Assembly (NCBI RefSeq): GCF_000143415.4
Contig: NW_003314283.1
Span: 1,985,312-2,049,311 of the forward strand
Reading direction: 5' to 3'
Length of the DNA stretch: 64,000 bases
Origin: Selaginella moellendorffii
Lineage: Eukaryota > Plantae > Lycopodiophyta
In this document: positions 49,256 through 62,299 of the stretch, piece by piece
How the letters are laid out: the number at the start of each line of letters is the position of its first letter
How positions within the stretch are numbered: the first letter of the stretch is position 1
Translations under genes and position numbers: made by a program
The notes under the pieces: generated by a model
What the model was told of the DNA's origin: nothing
The model's input: the letters and a program-made list of their open reading frames with translations, nothing else
Databases searched by the model: none

Positions 49256-49891
49256 GCTTATAATGGCGTGTGCCCTCATGCCATTTACTTGATCACCAAA
49301 TACCTTTTTCCCTTTGCACTAGTATATCTTAATACCAGTATGAGAAATAGAATGGCATGTGCCCTCAGGCCTTTTACTAAATCACCTTTGAAAGAAATGC
49401 AAGCCTCTATGTCGTAAAAAAAAGGTACTAGAGAAATTCCTTAATAATATGAATGTTATTTAGTTTCATGAAAATACACTAAGGGTGGTCAAATGAGTTA
49501 AATGACTTCTCCAGACTAGCAATGCCTCTTGCTACACCTTCACAATTAGATTCGTTAGAAAAAGATAACATTGAATAATATCTAAATGTTCTCACCATTA
49601 AGTGATATGTCTGGCTAATAGGAATGACGTTCATCTTGGAAAGCTCACCACACGCTCAATGAACAAACAAATAGTGTGTGCGCGCATGCCATCGCTCTTC
49701 TTTAGCTTCAGATTCGGCTTGTTCACCTTGACAATAAGATTTATTATACAACCAGATGGACTCAGTCTGGACATAAAGTCACCGCGCTAGTCACCATGCC
49801 CCAGATATGTCTAGCCCCTGGACAAAAAACATATAATTTCACGTCATTTTCAAATACTTGAAAATTTGTACCTAGTCCCATTTTACTGAAT

Positions 49892-49918
49892 AAATCCCAC
49901 TTTAACGAAATAGAGCAT
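49892..49918 (-). repeat. Right terminal inverted repeat
   Basis: Reverse complement reads ATGCTCTATTTCGTTAAAGTGGGATTT. Confidence 0.9.
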
Positions 49919-50499
49919 TCCTTGGGAGTGAAACAATCTTCAAAGAACAGGTAACCGTAAGAACAAGAACAAGAGTTAGCGTAGGAACAGGGATAGTTGG
50001 AATAGGCACAAGGATAGTAGTTGGTGTTGGAGCAGGCGCAGGAGTAGGAGTGAGAGCAAGGGGGTTACCAGTTACAGGTTACAGGTCATAAGTCCCTGGT
50101 TACTCTAGCGGCTACTTCGGCGGTTACCCACGGGTCAATGGTTACGTGTGCTTGTGGCCTACATCTCTATTTTCACCCTTATTCCTCTTCGTCACAGGCA
50201 TTTTGAACAACTTTGCACAACTTGAGCACTAGCCTACAGTCTTGTTGCTCCTATCGACCCAGTTGCTTTGACCGGGCATTTGTAGTGTTCAGGGTATTTT
50301 ATGCCGGTACAAACTAGACATGCAACAAATTGGCACCCTTATACCATATCTCAAGGCACTAAGGTATGGAGTAAACTTTCTAACATCCAAAGGTAGCTTA
50401 GGTATGACACAGCACCTTTTCGGGCCGAGTCCTCTTCATCCTTGATAGATTCCAGTGACTTAGATCTACAAGCTATGGCACAGCCACCTTCAGCTCGAC

Positions 50500-52670
50500 C
50501 TCAGCTCCATGTTCTATAGAGGGGGAGTGATCTACTGACCTTCTCAGGTGCTGGAATAGCCTCTCCAGCATCGCATATTAGTCGCTTTGATTACTACTGC
50601 ACCACAAACATCATCGTCGATGATGATCGTATGTGCTGTGACTCTTTGCAATCTCTTGAAGGCAAAGCAGTAATTTTGGCAAATTTTCTTTTCCTAGAGG
50701 ACCGAACAAACTTCCAGACACTACTTACTTCTTTCAGAGAACATTTCGTTGAAGAAAAACTCACAAATCGGGTACTTGTCGACCTCCTTTCGTTCTGGCA
50801 GGGTGCTCATGAGTCTGTTCTTGACTACATCACACAATTTTGAGCTTACTGGAAGCAGTGTTGGGATCACAGAGTAGTCCAAGATGAGCAACAGGGGATC
50901 ACGGCATTCACAACAGATTTGTGTGGGAACTTGCAGAGGAAACTTCTCAAGAAGATATTCAGGTCTTTCCACGAGGCATTTTCATTTGCCACGAAGCTAG
51001 AAAGAGAACTTCTTGTCGATCTGGAGATTGCTAGGGTTGATTTCGACCAAGCCATCACCCCATCAGAGTCACCTTGTGCAGCTATTCACCCGTCCACAAC
51101 AAAGCCCGTCGCTATTGAGCATACACCTCCGGCTATTGAGACCTTTGCCAATGAGATGCGGCAGCTGAAGGAGATCATTCTTCAGCAACATTCACACTAT
51201 GAAAAACTACTCCAGGAGCTGGTGGAGTCCAGGAAAGAGGCCACTATAGCTCGGGAACGTAGATTTAAATCCTGTTGGTGCACTCACTGTGAAACGAACA
51301 CGCACAACACACAACACTGCTTCAAGCTTCACCCAGAGCTTCAGCCTCCATCTTCTCAACATGTCCAACAACATCCCTTCGCTGATAACTCCACATCGTC
51401 TCGGGGTCTAGAGACATATCAGAAGCAGTTGGAGCGACAAGCAATTGAGGCAGCCCCTTCGTCAAGCAAAGGCAAGGCACTAGCCTCATTGGTCAACATG
51501 ATTTTGGTAGCCGAGGAACTCTATAGGCAATAGCAGCAAACCGCAGCCACTCGAGCCCAAGCAAAGAAGAAGGTAGCCACTCAGCCTGCCATAGATCCCC
51601 TAGTGCCAGTTGAGAGCGAATCTCTGTTGGCATCAAGCCCAGTGACTCAGAGGGTGGCTTGTAAGCTCCCCTTCAAGTCACTACTTTCTTCTCCTCCTAA
51701 GATCTCACCAACAACTATTCCTGTTCTGGAGCCGGTTCTTCAACAGCTAGTTGACACTCCCATCACCTTTTCACTTCGAGACATGTTGTGTCTTGTCCCG
51801 GGATTCGGCCAGCGTTTAGAGGAGTTTGCATGGTCAGGAACACTAGAGAGCACTTTCAAGAGGACTCCTCAAGAGGTGCACATTGTCGACATGACAAGAT
51901 ACAGTGGAGATCCTGGTCCATTCTTTGTCCCGGTGCTGATAGGTACCTCCTCTTGTAAGATGGATGGTTTGGTTGACTCCAGTTCTGGAAGCAACATTAT
52001 CTCTCTTGAAGCTGCCCTTTCAGCACAACTATAGATCACTGAGAGTTCCTCCATCGTGCTCAAAACCTTCACCAACCACACTGTTCCTTCAGCAGGCATT
52101 TGCTGTGGTGTCAAAGTCTCTGTGTAAGGTGTTATTTCTGAGGTGGATTTCCTTGTGGTTGACTACCAACATCTTGGAACGTCCTCTTTGAAGGACTCTA
52201 TCATTCTTGGCCATTCATGGCAAATCACAACCCATTGCACCATTGATAGCGCACAAGGCAAGATGGAAATTAGCAATGGAACCCACAGCGCCACCTTTCT
52301 CAACAACCACAGCAAAGCTCTTTCTCAGCAAGCCCAACAAGCTCAGAATAAGATGGCCTCCACACCATACTTTCCTTCTGAGCTCACAGAGGTTTTTCCT
52401 GAGTTAGTGGTGGAATTGACCATCTATATGACTAATGCTTTCTCATGCAAAGCGATTGACATGGTTGGAGGTGAGTCAGATAGCCCAAGACATCTCTCAG
52501 CTTCACTCTCTTTATTTGAGAGTAAGGCTGAGCCCCTCGCCATGCCCTCTTTATTTGATGGCGGTGCTTATAGGGTACGGGCTCTCATATCCAGCTTTTC
52601 GGAGTGTTTCTCGATAGAGGAAGGGCTTCTCGACTCGTTTCTTGGATGGGACTCTCTCTTATGGAGCTAG
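50500..52670 (+). pseudogene. gag-protease of outer family C copy
   Basis: F.QG.HESV.DYI.RF gag motif; CTHCETNTHNTQHC knuckle; LVDSSSGSNIIS...IILGHSW protease. Confidence 0.75.
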
Positions 52671-55600
52671 ATGACACAGTCACTCCAAACTAGGCCCATT
52701 GTTAGAGCGTGGCCATTGAGAGAGTGAGAGAGATAGTGAGAGAGAGAGAGAGAGAATATTCCCTATCTTCCTTGTATAAAACCTTTGCCTCACAAGGGCA
52801 AGGGGGGGCATTTTGTGAAGAGCATTGAAACATTTCTCGTGTTTGAGTGAACATTGGGGGAGGCACCCCTCCTTCCCCCAACAAATGGTGAACCCGGTGT
52901 GACGTGTAACACCTTCTGAGGCATCATTTCTCTTTTTCTCTTTTGGCCGCAGATTTTGGGAAGGAATTCTTTGTTTGTTTTGCAATGGTTTTGTTTGATC
53001 TTGGGCGTATAGGATAGGTCTGGAGCTCCTCTTTCCAGCAAGGTATGGTGCTCATCAAACCGTGTAGTATTTGAAGAGATACAACATTTCTTGGCTCGGA
53101 TTGAGGAACAATTTGGGGTTTGCACTTTCTCACGTAGATCCTCGGCCCAATTTTTCAAAGTAGTGCATTTCGGCTTGTATATCTGGCCTAGATCTACGAG
53201 TAGTGGTGATTCTTTCCACTAGATTTGGCCAAATTGGCGGCATGCAAAAGGATTTTCTTCTCTGGCTAGATTGGGTCATTTTTGTAGCAAGAATTCGTGC
53301 TCCTCTAGGCTTTGTTTTGGATGCCGTTTGTTTCTAGAGGTGCTCCTAGTCCTAGGCTTCCCGAAAACACCAATGGCACCTTAGTATTGATCTACATCAG
53401 TGACATGCACATGTTTATCCACAATATTGGCATTCTGGGCTACCTCATGTTGGATTTTGGTGAATATTGAGGCGGCTTCTTGCGATAGAGGGTTTAGGCT
53501 TTAAGCTGAGCTCTTTTCAACGAGCCCACCAACAGTCAAAATGGGGAAGGATCGAGACTGAAGGACTCATTTTTCTCTTTTGGGCTAAACTTTGTTGGGG
53601 GGTTCCTTGGGAATGAAGCAATCTTCAAGGAACAGGTTGGCATAGGAATAGGAACACGAATAGGAGTTGGAGTAGGAGCAGGCACAGGGGTAGGAGCAGG
53701 TGCAGGAGTAGGAGCGAGAGCGGGGGTTACCGGTTACTGGCTACAGGTCCCGGGTTACTGGTTTACTAGTCCCCAGTTACTCTAGCGGCTACTCCAGCAG
53801 CTACTCCGGTGGTTACCCTACGGGTCAACAGTTACGTGTGCTTGAGGTCTACATCTCCTTCCATTTCAACCCTTATTCCTCTTTGTCACAGGCATTTTGG
53901 GCAACCTTGAGCAACTTGAGCACTAGCCTATAGTCTTCTTGTTCCTGTCAACCCAGTTGCTTTGACCAGGCATTTGTAGTGTTCATGGTATTTAATGCCG
54001 ATACAAACCAAACGTGCAACAAATTGGCACCCTTTTGCCATACCTGAATGCCCTAAGGTACAGAGTAAACTTTTTAACATCCGAAGTCAGCTTAGGTATG
54101 ACACTGCACCTTCTCGGGCCGAGTCCTCTTCATCCTCGGCAGATTCCAGTGACTTCTACGAGCTATGGCGCAGCCACCTTTAGCTCGCCCTCAGCTCCAT
54201 GTTCTGCAAATGGGGAGTGATCTGCCAACCTTCTCAGGTGTTGGAACAGTCTCTCCAATATCATATATCAGTCACTTTGATTACTACTGTAACACAAACA
54301 TGATAATCGATGATGATTGTATGTGCTGCGGCAAAGCAGCAACTTCGGCAGATTCTCTCCTCCCAGAGGACCGGATACACTTCCAAACACTACTCGCTTC
54401 TTTCAGAGAACGTTTTGTTGAAGAAAAACCCACAAATTGGCTACTTGTCGACCTCTTTTCATTCCGACAAGGGTGCTCACGAGTCTGTTCCTGACTACAT
54501 CACCCGGTTTGAGCATACTGAAAGTAGTGTTGGGATTGTAGAGTGGTCCATGATGAGCAAAAGAGGATCACAGCATTCACAGCAGGTCTGCGTGGGAACT
54601 TGCAGCGGAAAATTCTCAAGAAGACATTCAGGTTTTGCTGCGAGGCATTTTCATTTGCCACGAAGCTGAAAAGAGAGCTTCTTCTCGACCTGGGGATTGC
54701 TAGAGTTGATTTCGACCAAGCCATCACCCCATCAGAGTCACCTTGTGCAACTGTTCTCCCGTCCATAACAAAGCCCGTTGCTATTGAGCATACACCTTTG
54801 GCTATTGAGAACTTTGCCAACAAAATGCGGCAGCTGAAGGAGATCATTCTTCAGTAACAATCACACTAAGACAAACTGCTCCAGGAGCTGGTGGAGTCCA
54901 GGAAAGAGGCCACTATAGCTCGGGAATGTAGATTTAAGTCCCGTTGGTGTACTCACTGCAAGACGAACACACACAACCCGCAGCACTGCTTCAAGCTTTA
55001 CCCAGAGCTTTAGCCTCCACCATCCCAACGTGTCCAACAACGTCCCATTGCTGATAATTCCACATCGTCTCGGGGTCCAGAGACATATCACGAGCAGTTG
55101 GAGCAACAAGCAATTGAGGCAGCCCCTTCGTCAAGCAAAGGCAAGGCACCAGCCTCATCAGTCAACACAATTTTGCTAGCCGAGGAACTCTATAGGCAAT
55201 AGCAGCAAACCACAACCACTCGAGCCCAAGCAAAGAAGAAGGTAGCCGCTCAGCCTGCCATAGATCCCCCAGTGCCGGTTGAGAGCGAATCTCTGTTGGC
55301 ATCAAGCCCAGTGACACAGAGGGTGGCTTGTAAGCTCCCCTTTAAGTCACTACTCTCTTCTCCTCCTGAGATCTCACCAACAGCTATTCTTGTTTTGGAG
55401 TCGGTCCTTCAATAGCTAGTTGACACTCCCGTCACCTTTCCGCTCCAAGACATGTTGTGTTTTGTCCCGGGGTTCGGCCAATGTTTAGAGGAGTTTGCAT
55501 GGTCAAGAACACCAGAGACCACTCTCAAGAGGACTCCTCAAGAGGTGCACATTGTTGACATGACAAGATACAGTGGAGATCCTGGTCCCTTCTTCGTCCA

Positions 55601-56320
55601 AGTGCAGATTGGTACTTCCTCTTGTAGGATGGATGCTTTTGTTGACTTTTGTTTTGGAAGCAACATTATCTCCCTCGAAGCTACCCTTTCAGCACAGCTA
55701 CAGATCACTGAGAGCTCCTTCCATCGGGCTCAAAACCTTCGCCAACCACACTGTTCCTCTAATGGGAATTTGCTGTGGTGTCAAGGCCTCTATGTAGGGT
55801 GTTATTTCTGAGGTGGATTTCCTCATGGTTGACTACTAAAGTCCTCTTGGAAGGACTCTTGGAAGGTCTTGGAATGTCCTCTTTGAAGGACTCTATCATC
55901 CTTGGCCATTCATGGCAAATCACAACCCATTGCACCATTGACAGTGCACAAGGCAAGATGGAAATTAGCGATAGAACCCACAGCGCCACCTTTCTCAACA
56001 ACCATGGTAGAGCTCTTTCTCAGCAAGCCCAAAAAGCTTAGACTAAGATGGCCTCCACACCACACTTTCCTCCTGAGCTCACAGAGGTTTTTCCTGAGAT
56101 GGTAGTGGTGTCAACCATCTATATGAGGGATGCTTTCTCATGCAATGCAATTGACATGGTTGGAGGTGAGTCAGGTAGCCTAAGACATCTCTCAACTTCA
56201 CTCTCTTTATTTGAGAGTAAGGCCGAGCTTCTAGACATGCCCTCTTTATTTGATGGCGGGGCTTATAGAGTATGGGCTCCCATATTCAGCTTTTCGGAGT
56301 GTTTCTCGATAGAGGATGGG

Positions 56321-57470
56321 TGTAAGGAACCAACTCGCCGAGGTGTCGTAGGCTAAAGGAACCCCGAAAGCATGACCAAAATGACAAAGAGTTCATCAGA
56401 TGAGACCAAGTCGAAGATCGAGTCCAAGACCGACTCTAGGACCGAGTTCGAGATCGAGTCCGGAATCGAGTCCGAGACCGACTCGGGGACCGAGTTCGAG
56501 TCCGAGTTCGAGACCGAGTTCGCGACGGAGTCCGAGATCCGAAATCGGGTCCGAGACCGAGTCCGAGGTCGAGTCCGAACTCGGGTCCGAGATCGGGTCC
56601 GAGATCGAGTCCGAGATCGAGTCCGAAACCGAATTCGAAGTCGGATCCGAAATCGGGTCCGAGATCGAGCCAGAGACTAAGTCCAAATACTAATACAGGT
56701 CAAGGGGTGAAAGCCCAAAGCGTGCGTCTCCCAGGGGGGGGGGGGGCTGCAAGGGGTTCCAAAAGTATAGTAGGGATAGTGAGGTCCAGGAACCAATTTT
56801 GAAGGGACTCTCCAGTTGGGCTTCCAAACCGACTTGAGGTTGAGACTGGGACCGAGGGGCCTTGGGTGGGAGTGAGCATGGACTTGGCTGGTGCTGGAGG
56901 GGCCATCCAAGGAAGTGCTCAAGAGCAGCTCCCACTCCCGAAAGGGAAACCGATTGCGGTGCTCCCGGCTCATGTGGAGTGGTGCCCCACTTGAGTACCA
57001 TGCGGCTCATTGGTCCTCGCCCTCCCTAGGGGCTTGGGCCTTCCTTTGGGATGGAAGTGGGGGGCGAGAGGTACCCATACCGGGCCGCTAGGCCACGGTG
57101 TTTCGCCCCGGCATCCCGAAGCAAGTGTTGCACTCAAGACTTGGGATTTAGAGGGTCCCATGATCAAGTCTTGTGGTACCAAAGGATGTTAGGAACCTGG
57201 AAGCTTGGTGTGCTTGGCTGCTTGTGCTTGCGGGGAGTGTAGCCGAACCTTAAGTCCAGTCTAACGCAGGGAGGGGGATTGGGAGTGAATTGGGAATCCG
57301 TGGATGGATGGCTAACACTCCGTTGCTCGTGCAGTGAGTAGCTGAGACCAAGTAGGAGCTGGTACCATAGGCGAGAACCTTGGCGAGGGAACTTAGCAAA
57401 AGCCAAGGCGGTGTTGGACGGATAGGCGAGGTAAGCTGGCAAATTGGAAAGGAAAAATTTGTGGCTTACA
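56321..57470 (+). mobile_element. Solo LTR, family A (1150 bp)
   Basis: TGTAAG...CTTACA with 5-bp TSD ATGGG on both sides. Confidence 0.95.
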
Positions 57471-58275
57471 ATGGGCTCCTCGATTTGTTTCTTGCATGTG
57501 ACGAACTCTCTCTTATGGAGCTTGACGACACAGTCGCTCCAGATCAGACCCATCTTTCACAGAACACAGCTGAACTCAATTCTCCTCAGCAACTATCTGA
57601 GGTGTCACACAGCTAGCATCTTCCTACTAAAATCGTGGTAGCTAATGACTCCGAGTGTTTTTTGTCTTGCTGTTTTTTGGAGATGAAGGATGACATCCAG
57701 ACCCACAACAAGCAAAAAGAATCAAGCCAATTGGACGTGTTGCATGCGCATTATAGCTCTTTGAGTTCAGAACTTCCTACCGTAGAGCCCCCGGTATTCC
57801 AACCACTAGAATGATTTCGTTTCTTTCTTGTTGGAGCCCGTATCCATTCCTATGTCTGTTTTACTGTGCTAACCTTTCTTTTACAGTGATCAATTCACAG
57901 TCCTCATACTTTATCTTGGATTGTGACTATCCAAGAGTTCCAGCCAACTCTTCACATGCGGTAGAAGTGTGTGATGCATCTTCTCCAACAGCTGCAGGTC
58001 AAGCACGTGAAGAGCAGCAGCTATTACCCTGAGTGCAATGGCCAAGCGGAGTCCAACAACAAAATTGTGAAGATAGTCATCTCAAAGCTTGTGGAGGATC
58101 ACCTAAGGCGTTAGCACGAACACTTGGTTACGGCGTTGTGGGCCTTTTGGACGTCCTTCAAGACATCCATCTTTGCGACCCCATTCTCCCTTGTCTATGG
58201 GACAGAGGCCGTGCTTCCAGTGGAGATCCAGCTTAGCGATGAGGACAAGCTTCATGCACGTGACTTGGAGGTTCT

Positions 58276-59965
58276 TGTGAGACACAAAATCCCTAGGCCC
58301 CAAAGTGGAGCCGGAAGGGCGCCACATGGTAGTGGCCGAAGCGAGGGCCAAACGAGCGTAACACGTTTGGACCAAAAGCTCCGACTTGAAAAGTCAAGAG
58401 CGGGAGTGGAACTCCCAACGAAGTGCTCGAGGAACGAGCACGAAGCGAGCAAAAGGCGAGGCTCCAAAAAGGAACCCAAAAGGGCCAACACATGACACGT
58501 GGGAGTGTCCGAGATGGAGCCGAGTTGGAGTCCGAAGTGGAGTCCGAGATGGACCCGAGATGGAGTCCAAAGTGGAGTCCGAGGTGGACCCGAGATGGAC
58601 CCGAGTTGGAGTCCGAAGTGGAGTCCGAGGTGGAGTCTGAGATGGAGTCCGAGGTGGACCCGAGATGGACCCGAGATGGACCCGAAATGGAGTCCGAGAT
58701 GGACCCGAGATGGAGTCCGAGATGGAGTCCGAGATGGACCCGAGATGGACCCGAGATGGAGTCCGAGATGGAGTCCGAGATGGAGTCCGAGATGGAGTCC
58801 GAAGTCGAGACCGAGACCGGGACCGAGACCGAGACCGAGACCGAGATCGGGACCGAGACCGAGACCGAGGCCGAGGCCGAGGCCGAGACTGAGCCCGAGC
58901 CCGAGTCCGAGTCCGAATCCGAGTCCGAGTCCGAGTCCGAGTCCGAGTCCGAGTCCGGAGCCTGAGAGGGTGAAAGCCCAAAGCGTTCGTCTCCCAGACC
59001 CTGGGGGGTTTGGTGAGCTCCAAAAGTATAGTAGGGGGAGGACTGCAGTGGAGCCAGTTTGGCCAGGAAAGGCCAGTTTGGCCCAGGAAGGCTGGACCCA
59101 GTGTTGGGTGATGAGCTGCCCACTGGGAAGTCCAAGACTAGAGTGAACACAGACCAACAAGCAGGGTAGCTTGGTGAAGTGTTCAAGAGCCGGCTCTAGT
59201 TCCCCCGGGAGATCGACTGGCCGATGCTCCCAGTCCAAGTGTGGGTGGCACTACCTACTTGGATACCTGGTGTGGCTCAACCCTAAACCCTAAACCCTAA
59301 ACCCATGGCTAGAGCACCCAAGGGCAGAAGGCGAGGAGAGTACCCAGGTGGCTCGCGTAAGGCCACGGTGTTCCGAAATTTTGTCCCAAAGGCCTAGACT
59401 GTGGAAAGGAAGAGGAGCAGTCCTCTGGGGTAGTGACCAAGGACACAGTCGTGTGGTGAGGAAGTCCCAGAGGACCGTGGGACTTAGTGGTCGGGCCTGT
59501 GGGTCTCGATCCAGTGGCAGTGTTGGCAAACACTGCCAGGGGCAGAAAGGGACTTAGTGGGGACTGACAGAGGGATATTGGGGAAGGCTATTCCCCTTGT
59601 CGGTGGGCATCCTAAGGATGCTAAGGAGTGGATCTGAGATGACCACTCACGGATGGTTTGCCTAGTCTTGGAGAGCCAAGACGGTGATGCAAGTGGTATT
59701 GGACTACCAGTGTGGCAAAGGTGATTGGGCATGGCCTTAGCGTAACGGGCTGCTATGTCGGTGGTACCTTTGAGTGTCAGTCATGGGATCGGACACGTGG
59801 AGCACTTGGACCAAGTGCAAATGTTGAGTGGCATGGATGCCATTCTCGGGGCTAGCAAGTCCCAAGTCCTGGATTGGACTTATGGAGGTTGTGAATGAGA
59901 CTCCTCCAAGTGATCAGAGGTGTGGTTAAATGACTAAAGTAGAATGGAAAATTTAGTCGCTTACA
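58276..59965 (+). mobile_element. Solo LTR, family B (1690 bp)
   Basis: TGTGAG...CTTACA with 5-bp TSD GTTCT on both sides; hexamer array 58505-58960; (CCCTAAA)3 at 59281-59301. Confidence 0.95.
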
Positions 59966-62299
59966 GTTCTTGCCTTGGAAGAACAACGATGATCCACATT
60001 AGAACATCTCCTTCAAGGCAAGCAGAAGATCAAGTCAGTCATTGATCACCAGCGGTCTGCTGAACCATTCAAGGATGGCAATCTTGTTCTACTCAAGGAG
60101 TTTACGCCACCTTTGAAGTTCTCCCCTCACTGGACTGGCCCCTGCTTTGTCCAGCGACACATCGGAGGTGGAGCATATGTGCTAGTTGATGCTGATGGAC
60201 GTGAGCTCCCACACGCTCACAACCACTCTCATCTCAAACGCTTCATCTGGTGAGGCATTTCTCTTCTCTTCTTTTTCTTTTTCTTTTTCTTCCTTTCTTT
60301 CACTTTACTTTCATGGCTACTTTTCTTACTTTCAGAGGGTGTTTTTCCATTGAACCATGGCCCATACCTTGGATTTGGTGCTCAGGCTGCATTGCCATTT
60401 GTATTGAGGTTCCTCGCTTGGCTCGGTCTATGTTCCAGGTTCTTTGGCCCTTCCCTTACCATTAATATACCCCACACATTCCCCTCACTCATTCCATATC
60501 ATCTACACTCACAATTCCATCACCAATCACTTCCAACAGCGTTGCCTGCACTTATCTCTAGATGCCCGTCTTGCATCTTTCATTCTTTCACCACCATTCA
60601 CAGCTCCGTTTGAGGTCACATTTACACCATACCATGGACACACATATATACACAGTAGCAAATGACACCACCTCATTTGGATGAGCCATTTCTGAGATAT
60701 CCTTATGACCATTTGCCAACAACGCACTAGCTTTTTTGGAGCGACTTTCTTCCAACCCGGTGAACCTGTTCACTCAAGGCACCTAGGTGGATCTTTAGGC
60801 AAGGCCACAGAAGCCAAAGCCACTTTCTTCTGCTCCAGCACTCAGTGGACACATGCCACCTCTCTTTACCAGCAACTCAGCAACTACATTGTCCTTTTCA
60901 GCTGCTGACTTCTTCAGTCCGACACATCAGACTGGCCACCTTCTCAGAGTGCCACCCCATCTCAGCACTCCACCATATAAGTGCTGGAGCAGGCGCAAGA
61001 GTAGGAGCGAGAGCAGGTGGTTACCGGTTACAGGTCACAGGTCCCCAGTTACTGGTTACTAGTTACTGGTTACCGGCTACTCCGAGTGGTCAGCACTTAC
61101 TCTACAGGCGAATGGTTATTAATGGCCACCTTTTCAGAGTGCCACCACGATCTCGACGCTCCACCATATCACTCCATCTTTCATCATTTCCACACTTACC
61201 ACCCTTGGGCAATGGATCCCCTCTTCTACCTCTCTTTCTTTCTCAATTTCAGCCTATCCTTAGAGCATACCAGAAGTCATCAAGAGGCTACATTTGCATA
61301 TTACACTTTCCTGAGCCGAAATCTAGGTATAGGTTAAGTTCGGTGCTCACTCTTTTTCCTCTATTTTCCTCCTATTTTCACACTTTTTCTACACTTTTCT
61401 TCACCTTCAGGGTCCTGTTTGACTACAGGGTTTCCCACCGGGTTTTCCTCCCTGTCTCCAAACTTCACACCTACCTCTTTTCTTTCTTTTCCACTTTGTT
61501 TTCTAGAGTTTCTACTATTTCATGCAGCTACCAGCACTTGGCATCAGTAGCAAAGGTACACTCTACACTCTTCGGAGGGTTCTTGCGCGTATGGAGCCAG
61601 CGTGATCCACCGTGATCGCATGTTAGGGTGTGGCCACTGAGAGAGTGAGAGAGAGAGAGGGAATATTCTAGTCCTTAGAATATTCCCCATCTTCCTTGTA
61701 TAAAACCCGTGCCTCACAAGGGCAATGGGGGGCATTTTGCGAAGAGCATTGAAGCATTTCTCGTGTTTGAGCGAGCGTTGGGGGAGGTGCCCCTCCTTCC
61801 CCCAACACCATCTTTCACAGAACACAGCTGAACTCAATTCTCCTCAGCAACTACCTGAGGTGTCACACAGCTAGCATCTTCCTACTAAAATCGCGGTAGC
61901 TGACAACTCTAAGCGTATTTTGTTATGCTGTTTCTTGGAGACAGAGGATGACATCCAGACACAGAACCAGCAGAAAGAATCAAGCCAATCAGACGTGCTG
62001 CATGCAAGTTATAGCTCTTTGAGTTCACAATTTCCTACCGTGGAGCTCGCGGTACAGGTCCAAGTGTATTACACTGAAACTTCAGCAGCAGACTTGGACT
62101 GGACTTCAATGGAGGATCTTCCTTCACTTGCAGAGTACTTAGTACAGTCCTTGCATTGGACATTGAGTGCTTAGAGCATCAGAAGCAAAGAGAAAAACAG
62201 ACAAAGACTCTGAATCCACAATAACATTCTTGCATGACTTGCCAGAGACAGTCTTGCCAAATGTGGTGTCCCTAGCATCTTTATTTGAAGAAGAGGACA

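Larger units (their letters stand above)
37117..49692. repeat. Dispersed 22-bp palindrome family (~25 copies), consensus ATGGCRTGWGGCCWCAYGCCAT
   Basis: Copies start at 37117, 38194, 38269, 39484, 39675, 39816, 41288, 42564, 42624, 42701, 43465, 43600, 43759, 43838, 44695, 45373, 45471, 45541, 47387, 47444, 49263, 49352, 49671; partial copies at ~36826, 44767, 48790, 48856. Confidence 0.9.
36731..49918. mobile_element. 13.2-kb TIR DNA transposon, Sola-like, with large cargo gene
   Basis: TIRs 36731-36757 and 49892-49918 (24/27 match); TCCT duplicated at 36727-36730 and 49919-49922. The empty-site sequence GGGGTTCCTTGGG is seen in the paralogous copy near 53600. Confidence 0.92.
52700..61807 (+). 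mobile_element. Inner family C element, both LTRs present, RT/RH deleted
   Basis: LTRs 52700-52883 and 61621-61807; PBS TGGTGAACCCGGTGTGA 52886-52902 (tRNA-Trp-like); TSD CCAT at 52696-52699 and 61808-61811; gag/PR 54200-56300; integrase C-terminus at 58020-58270 and 59970-60250. Confidence 0.88.

Noticed and set aside
37117-49692. Palindromic repeats as a CRISPR array or REP elements
   Set aside because: Spacing is irregular (57 nt to ~1.8 kb), there are no cas or TnpA-REP genes, and the context is eukaryotic with introns.
36731-49918. Bacterial contamination or prophage because of ParB/MTase-like domains
   Set aside because: It has spliceosomal introns, TIRs with a TSD, and inserts cleanly into a plant LTR element.
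36731-49918. CACTA, hAT or Mutator assignment
   Set aside because: No CACTA ends, the TSD is 4 bp, and the catalytic motifs fit a Sola/DUF7869-like transposase.
58252-59238. Long ORFs (328, 297, 215 aa) and similar ones at 8214-8719, 19244-19585, 56372-56693
   Set aside because: Artefacts of stop-poor hexamer arrays inside LTRs; open in several frames on both strands.
60845-61615. 256-aa ORF as an env-like gene
   Set aside because: Low-complexity, pyrimidine-rich 3' UTR with a non-ATG start and no recognisable motifs.
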